Of a DNA stretch of 64,000 nt, positions 59,270 to 64,000 are shown one piece after another. This DNA comes from an uncultured Methylomirabilota bacterium. GTDB taxonomy: Bacteria > Methylomirabilota > Methylomirabilia > Methylomirabilales > 2-02-FULL-66-22. The position numbers were made by a program, and so were the translations under genes. Position 1 is the stretch's first letter, and each line of letters opens with the position of its first letter. The stretch is taken from contig CAWJSJ010000002.1 of NCBI GenBank assembly GCA_963845565.1, positions 640,001 through 704,000 on the forward strand, given 5' to 3'. Under the pieces are notes generated by a model. The model ran no database searches, was not told where the DNA came from, and saw only the letters and a list, made by a program, of their open reading frames with translations.

Positions 59270-59926
59270 ATGCCTTCGCGGCAGACCCCGCAACGCATGC
59301 GGCGCCGGCGGACAGTACGGAGCGTTTCGGTGAACGTGCGCCTCTTCCTTGCGAACCTGAGGCGGCAAACGGCCTGGCCCGGAGCCGGCCTCGCCCTGGT
59401 CGCCCTCCTGGCCGTGATGTGGCTGGTTCCCGCCGCCGCCCGTGGGGGGGAGGGGCCGGTGACGCGCCTGTGGGGGACGGTGCGCAGCATGCCGACCGGC
59501 ACCCATCTGGTGGTGGTCTCGCCCGACCAGGGCTCGCTGGAGGTTCGGCTGCTCGGCGTGGTCCTGCCCGAGCCCCCGCGGACGGGCCCGACCGGCATCG
59601 CCGTCGGAGGGCAGCCCTTCGGCGCGCAGGCGGAGCGCTACGCGCGGGACCTGCTCTTGGAAAAACAGGTCAGCCTCGACGTCTACGGGAAGGACCGAGC
59701 GGGCCGCCGGCTGGCGGTGGTGTGGCTGGGAGAGATCAACGTGAATCTCACGCTGGTCAAGGAAGGGCTGGCGTGGGTGGATCCGTTCCTCACCGCGACG
59801 AACGTCCGGGCTGCCCTGGAGGTCGCGGAGCGCCAGGCACAAGTGGGGAGGTACGGTCTGTGGGGCCTGCCGGAACCCGAACCGCCCTGGGAGTACCGCA
59901 AACGCCACCGTCTGGCCTCCGAGTGA
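59270..59926 (+). CDS. Thermonuclease (SNase) family protein; start uncertain
   Basis: VRLLGV..PE...GQPFG; DRAGRRLA; LVKEGLAW; YGLW...PPWEYRK. Confidence 0.8.
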   Translation: MPSRQTPQRMRRRRTVRSVSVNVRLFLANLRRQTAWPGAGLALVALLAVMWLVPAAARGGEGPVTRLWGTVRSMPTGTHLVVVSPDQGSLEVRLLGVVLPEPPRTGPTGIAVGGQPFGAQAERYARDLLLEKQVSLDVYGKDRAGRRLAVVWLGEINVNLTLVKEGLAWVDPFLTATNVRAALEVAERQAQVGRYGLWGLPEPEPPWEYRKRHRLASE

Positions 59927-59990
59927 GCGAACCGCCCGAATCGGCTGCCGAGGCCCGTCCCGGTGCCCGGCCCCGGAGGCCCGCACGCCC

Positions 59991-62426
59991 GTGAATCCGT
60001 CGAGTCCCGAGGCGCCCGCCCCCCGACCGCCGACCGCCGAAGACGAGGCGCTGCTCCAAGCCTTTCGCCAGCGGTATCCCTTTGCCCTGGATCCCTTTCA
60101 GGAGCAGGCGATCCGCTGGGTCCTGAGCGGGGAGTCGGTCCTGGTGGCCGCCCCCACCGGCGCCGGGAAGACGCTGATCGCCGAGTTCGCGATCTACCGG
60201 GCCCTGGCCGCCCAGCGCCGGATCATCTACACGACCCCCCTCAAGGCGCTGAGCAACCAGAAATACAGCGACTTCATCCGGCAGTACGGCGGCGACCTGG
60301 TGGGGATCCTCACCGGGGACGTGAAAGTCAACGCCGGGGCCCCCATCCTGGTGATGACCACCGAGATCCTGCGGAACCTGCTGTTCACCCAGCGGCCGCA
60401 GGACATCGCCACGGCAGTCCTGGACGAGTGCCACTACCTGGGTGACGAGGGACGGGGCACCGTCTGGGAAGAGATCGTCATCAACGCGCCCCCCACAACC
60501 CAACTGGTGGGCCTCTCGGCCACGGTCAGCAACCTGCACGAGATCGCCGCCTGGGTCGGCGAGGTCCACCGGCCCATCCACCCCATCGTCCACACGGTAC
60601 GGCCGGTCCCGCTCACGTACCTCCTCTGCCACCCGGACGGCGAGATCGCGACGCTGGACGCCCCGCATCGCGCGGCGGCGCCCGCGCCCCGGCTGCGGAT
60701 CCGTCCCCGCGGCTCGGGCCGCGACCGGGATGCCTTCCGCCGCCACTGGGAGCGCCGTCGGCCCGCCAGCCCGAACCGGGTCGTCCCGCAGCTTCGCGAG
60801 CGGCAGTGGCTCCCGGCCATCTATTTCATCTTCAGCCGCGCGGGATGCGAGCGCGCGCTGCGACGGTACCTGGAGGACGGCGACTCGCTCTTACCGTCGG
60901 AGCGGCGAGCCGAGGTGGACGAGGCGATCGCCAACACGCTGCGGGATTACCCGAGTATCGTGGCCGAGACCGAGGTCAACTCGCTCCTCTTCGCGGGGCT
61001 CCGCCATGGCGCGGGGATGCACCATGCCGGGATCCTGCCGGCGCTGAAGCGCTTGACCGAGATCCTCTTCGAGCGCGGACTGGCCAAGGTGGTCTTCGCC
61101 ACCGAGACCATGAGCCTGGGCATCCACATGCCGGCCCGGAGCGTGGTGATCCAGGGGGTCCGGAAACGCAGCGAGGCCGGCTTCCGCCGGCTCAGCCTGA
61201 ACGAGCTGACGCAGATGGCCGGGCGCGCCGGTCGGCGCGGGATCGACCCCGAGGGGAAGTGCCTGATCGCCCTCGACAGCCCCGAGGCCGAGGACGACAC
61301 GCGGCAACTGCTCCGCGGCGCGCCCGAGCCGATCCAGAGCCAGTTCCGCGTGGGCTACAGCTCGGCCGCGCTCCTGGTGGACCTGTACCGCGAGCCGGCC
61401 GCCGTCCGCCGGGTCATCGAATCCAGCTTCGGCCAGTTCCAGAACCGCCGGCAGATGGCGCGCCTGGAAGCGGAGCGGGCCGAGCTGCTGACGCGGCTGG
61501 CCAAGGCGGACGGCATCGAGTCGCCGTGCTGCACGCTGGTGGACCTGCTGCGCTATCGGGAGCAGCGGTCCGCCCTGGAGACGGAGCGCGAGCGGGTGCG
61601 GCGGTTGGGTTTGGGAGGGAAAGGCAAGGGCCGCCGGGGCGCGAGCGGGGGTGCGCCCTGGTCGGAAGGGCTCCATGAGGCCCGGCAGCGGCTGGAGGCG
61701 ATGGCGCTGGAGATGTCCCAGGTCCCCTGCCACCGCTGTCCGCACCGGGCCGCGCAGGAGCGCCAGCTCAAGCGATCCGACCGGGTCCGGCAAGCCCTGG
61801 AGGACCGGGGCCAGAGCCTGCGGGACCTGCGGGAATCCTACTGGGACCAATGTCTGCGGGTGGTGGAAGTGCTGCGCCACTTCGGCTGCCTGGACGGGGC
61901 GACGCTGTTGCCCGCGGGGCGGTTGATCGCCTCGCTTCGCCACGACAACGAGCTCCTGGTGGCCCGGGTGGCGTTTTCGGGGCTCCTCGACGGCCTGCCG
62001 CCGGCCGAGACGGCGGCGCTCCTGGCCTGCGTGGTGGAAGAGCCGCGGGAAACCGAGACGCTCTTCGCCCGGCAGGTCCTGAAGCGGCTGCCGCATCTCC
62101 GCCGGCGCGTGCAGGGGCTGGAGTCGCTGGCGGCCGAGGTCGACCGCGTCCAGCAGAGCCGGCGGGTGTTCCGGCCGGTCTCGATGCACACCACGTACCT
62201 GGCCGCCACCTACGAGTGGGCCGCGGGCGAGGAGGACTGGATCCGACTCATCCGCGACCACTTCGGCGGCCACGAGGGGGACCTGATCCGCGCCTTCCGC
62301 CGCCTCATCGACCTGTGTCGCCAGCTCGCCGAGAGCCCCGAGCTTCCCGTCGCCCTCCAGGTCGCGCTTCGCGCCGCCGTGAAGATGCTCGACCGCGGCA
62401 TCGTGCTGGAGTCGGCGCTGATTTGA
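59991..62426 (+). CDS. Ski2-like DEAD/DEAH-box helicase (HelY-like)
   Basis: APTGAGKT; PLKALSNQK; DECHY; GLSAT; HHAG; QMAGRAGRRG; C-terminal EGDLIR. Confidence 0.92.
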   Translation: MNPSSPEAPAPRPPTAEDEALLQAFRQRYPFALDPFQEQAIRWVLSGESVLVAAPTGAGKTLIAEFAIYRALAAQRRIIYTTPLKALSNQKYSDFIRQYGGDLVGILTGDVKVNAGAPILVMTTEILRNLLFTQRPQDIATAVLDECHYLGDEGRGTVWEEIVINAPPTTQLVGLSATVSNLHEIAAWVGEVHRPIHPIVHTVRPVPLTYLLCHPDGEIATLDAPHRAAAPAPRLRIRPRGSGRDRDAFRRHWERRRPASPNRVVPQLRERQWLPAIYFIFSRAGCERALRRYLEDGDSLLPSERRAEVDEAIANTLRDYPSIVAETEVNSLLFAGLRHGAGMHHAGILPALKRLTEILFERGLAKVVFATETMSLGIHMPARSVVIQGVRKRSEAGFRRLSLNELTQMAGRAGRRGIDPEGKCLIALDSPEAEDDTRQLLRGAPEPIQSQFRVGYSSAALLVDLYREPAAVRRVIESSFGQFQNRRQMARLEAERAELLTRLAKADGIESPCCTLVDLLRYREQRSALETERERVRRLGLGGKGKGRRGASGGAPWSEGLHEARQRLEAMALEMSQVPCHRCPHRAAQERQLKRSDRVRQALEDRGQSLRDLRESYWDQCLRVVEVLRHFGCLDGATLLPAGRLIASLRHDNELLVARVAFSGLLDGLPPAETAALLACVVEEPRETETLFARQVLKRLPHLRRRVQGLESLAAEVDRVQQSRRVFRPVSMHTTYLAATYEWAAGEEDWIRLIRDHFGGHEGDLIRAFRRLIDLCRQLAESPELPVALQVALRAAVKMLDRGIVLESALI

Positions 62427-62544
62427 GGCGCGTCGTCACCGCGCGCCGCCGCTCGCAGCGACTTCTTCCTTGCCTCGACGCCGCCGCCTCTGATATAAGC
62501 GAAACGCCCTGACCCTCCCAGTGTCCGCGCCATATGGGGCCCGA

Positions 62545-64000
62545 ATGCGATTCGCTCCTGCCGTGTTGGTCACGCTCCTCCTCGGTCTGTGTCTGGCGAT
62601 CACCAGCGAAGCGGCTGGGGATCTCTCGCGGGACGTGGAGCGCCTGGAGCAGTTGCGAGAGACCGTGAACGTGGACGCCGACCGGATCGAGTACGCCGAG
62701 GGCGTTCGGAAGATCCTGGCCAGCGGGAATGTCCGCGTGATCCTGGGGACCCGCTCGCTGTTTGCCGACGAGGTGTCGGTGGATCTCGACGATCAGGTCC
62801 TGATCGCCTCGGGTGGGGTGATCCTGATGGAGGGGATGAATCGTCTGGAGGGCGACCGGATCGAGTACAACTACCGGACCAACCTGGGCGTCATCACCAA
62901 CGGGCGCGCGACCCTGGACTCGGGCGTGACCTTCAGCGGGGTGGAGATCCGACGGGAAGGGGAGCGTCAGTATTCCGTGCGGGACGCGCGCTTCTCGAGT
63001 TGCCGCCCGTGCCAGCCCGAGCCGGAGATCCTGGATGTGGAGTTTCGGTCCGGCGAGGCGACCGTGTACCAAAACGAAATGATCACCACGCGCCACACCT
63101 CGCTCTGGGTCAAGGGCATCCCCGCCCTGTACTCCCCCGTCCTCGCGCTGCCCATCGGTGAGCGCCGGACGGGATTCCTCATTCCGCGTCTCAGTTATAG
63201 CGGCCACAACGGCTTCGGGGTCAGGCAGCCGTTCTTCTGGGCCATCGATCGCTCCCAGGATGCCACCATTACCCCGATCTATCGCACCAAGCGCGGCTTC
63301 GAGCTGGACGGAGAGTATCGCTACGTCCTGGACGAGCGCTCCCGAGGGGTCTTTCGGGGGCACTACTATTACGATCTCCTGTCCGGGAGCGCGCCCCCGA
63401 ATCGCGGGGACGCGACCTGGGTCCACGACCAGGTCCTGAGTCCCACCTGGACGCTCAAGGTGAATGCCAATTACCAAACGGACCGGACGGTCAATCGGGC
63501 CTTCATCGAGAACCCGACCGCGCAGCGCACTCAGGCCACGGTGGACTCCATCGCGTTCGTGTCCCAGTCGACCTCCCGCTACCTCTTCACCGGGCTGGTG
63601 GCGGCGTCCGAGGATCTGTCCGGTCCGTCCACCAACTGGCTGGTGCGGGCGCCGGAGGTAAATTTCCAGTGGCTGCCCGCCCCGCCCTTCGGGCTGCCCC
63701 TGGTGGCGGAGGGGAACACCTCGGCCGTGCTCTTTGCCCAGACCGACGAGACGAGCACGGGACGATTCGACCTCTATCCCGCGCTCCACCTCCCGCTCTC
63801 GCTGTCCCCCTGGCTGACATCGGCGACCAGCGTGGCCCTGCGCGAGACAGCCTATACGGCGTCCAACCAGGGAGGGGGAGGCGCCAATCGGCTGCTGTTC
63901 GAAGCGGGGCAACAGCTCAGCAGCCACCTCGCGCGGCGATTCGACCAGCCGGGCTTCGGGTTTCAGCGGTTGACCCACATCGTCGAACCCAGTGTGGGCT
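62545..64000 (+). CDS. lptD: LPS-assembly protein LptD (3'-truncated by window edge)
   Basis: Read manually (absent from the ORF track): signal peptide MRFAPAVLVTLLLG; VNVDADRIEY...ASGNV jellyroll; RRTGFLIP...QPFFWAIDRSQDAT..P..RTKRG...GEYRY. Confidence 0.85.
   Translation, partial: MRFAPAVLVTLLLGLCLAITSEAAGDLSRDVERLEQLRETVNVDADRIEYAEGVRKILASGNVRVILGTRSLFADEVSVDLDDQVLIASGGVILMEGMNRLEGDRIEYNYRTNLGVITNGRATLDSGVTFSGVEIRREGERQYSVRDARFSSCRPCQPEPEILDVEFRSGEATVYQNEMITTRHTSLWVKGIPALYSPVLALPIGERRTGFLIPRLSYSGHNGFGVRQPFFWAIDRSQDATITPIYRTKRGFELDGEYRYVLDERSRGVFRGHYYYDLLSGSAPPNRGDATWVHDQVLSPTWTLKVNANYQTDRTVNRAFIENPTAQRTQATVDSIAFVSQSTSRYLFTGLVAASEDLSGPSTNWLVRAPEVNFQWLPAPPFGLPLVAEGNTSAVLFAQTDETSTGRFDLYPALHLPLSLSPWLTSATSVALRETAYTASNQGGGGANRLLFEAGQQLSSHLARRFDQPGFGFQRLTHIVEPSVG

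Noticed and set aside
57810..62426. Defence system formed by RmuC, thermonuclease and Ski2-like helicase
   Set aside because: All three are common housekeeping-type genes, a separate promoter precedes the nuclease, the run continues into lptD, and the nuclease's first catalytic motif looks degenerate.
5021..63978. Long antisense or alternate-frame ORFs (e.g. 5021-7213, 22757-24574, 24222-26669, 51183-53144, 62305-63978)
   Set aside because: They shadow well-supported genes, are Arg/Gly/Pro-rich without motifs, and are expected in high-GC DNA.

Overview
High-GC bacterial chromosomal window. LptD indicates a Gram-negative envelope; the split F0 operon and gene style suggest a Methylomirabilota/deltaproteobacterial-like lineage (inference). 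Contents in order: TPR protein, HigBA-type toxin-antitoxin pair, hotdog-fold protein, membrane-fused spermidine-synthase-like/TPR protein with a cytochrome c, an F0-only atp cluster (atpZ/I-atpB-atpE), and a complex I operon nuoA-C-D-E-F-G-H-J-K-L-M-N followed by rex. The nuo operon lacks nuoB and nuoI, nuoM is frameshifted, and a Rex-type operator precedes nuoA. Next come an ACT/Liv-type ABC/phenylacetate-CoA ligase operon, an S9 peptidase, a MoxR-DUF58-DUF4129 operon and a decayed accessory zone (about 38.3-43.0 kb: tRNA 3'-end fragments, an internally deleted RAYT element, small secreted proteins). The remainder holds metabolic genes, a five-gene DUF4388/Roadblock/winged-helix/Cache-HAMP cluster bracketed by rubrerythrin homologues, then a DAHP synthase, SixA, RmuC, a thermonuclease, a Ski2-like helicase and LptD. 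Several families of small non-coding repeats sit in intergenic spacers. Best candidate for an undescribed system: the conservon/Mgl-like signalling cluster at 48.9-53.0 kb, which has a sigma54-type promoter but no kinase or GTPase. All calls were made by eye from motifs; no database searches were run.
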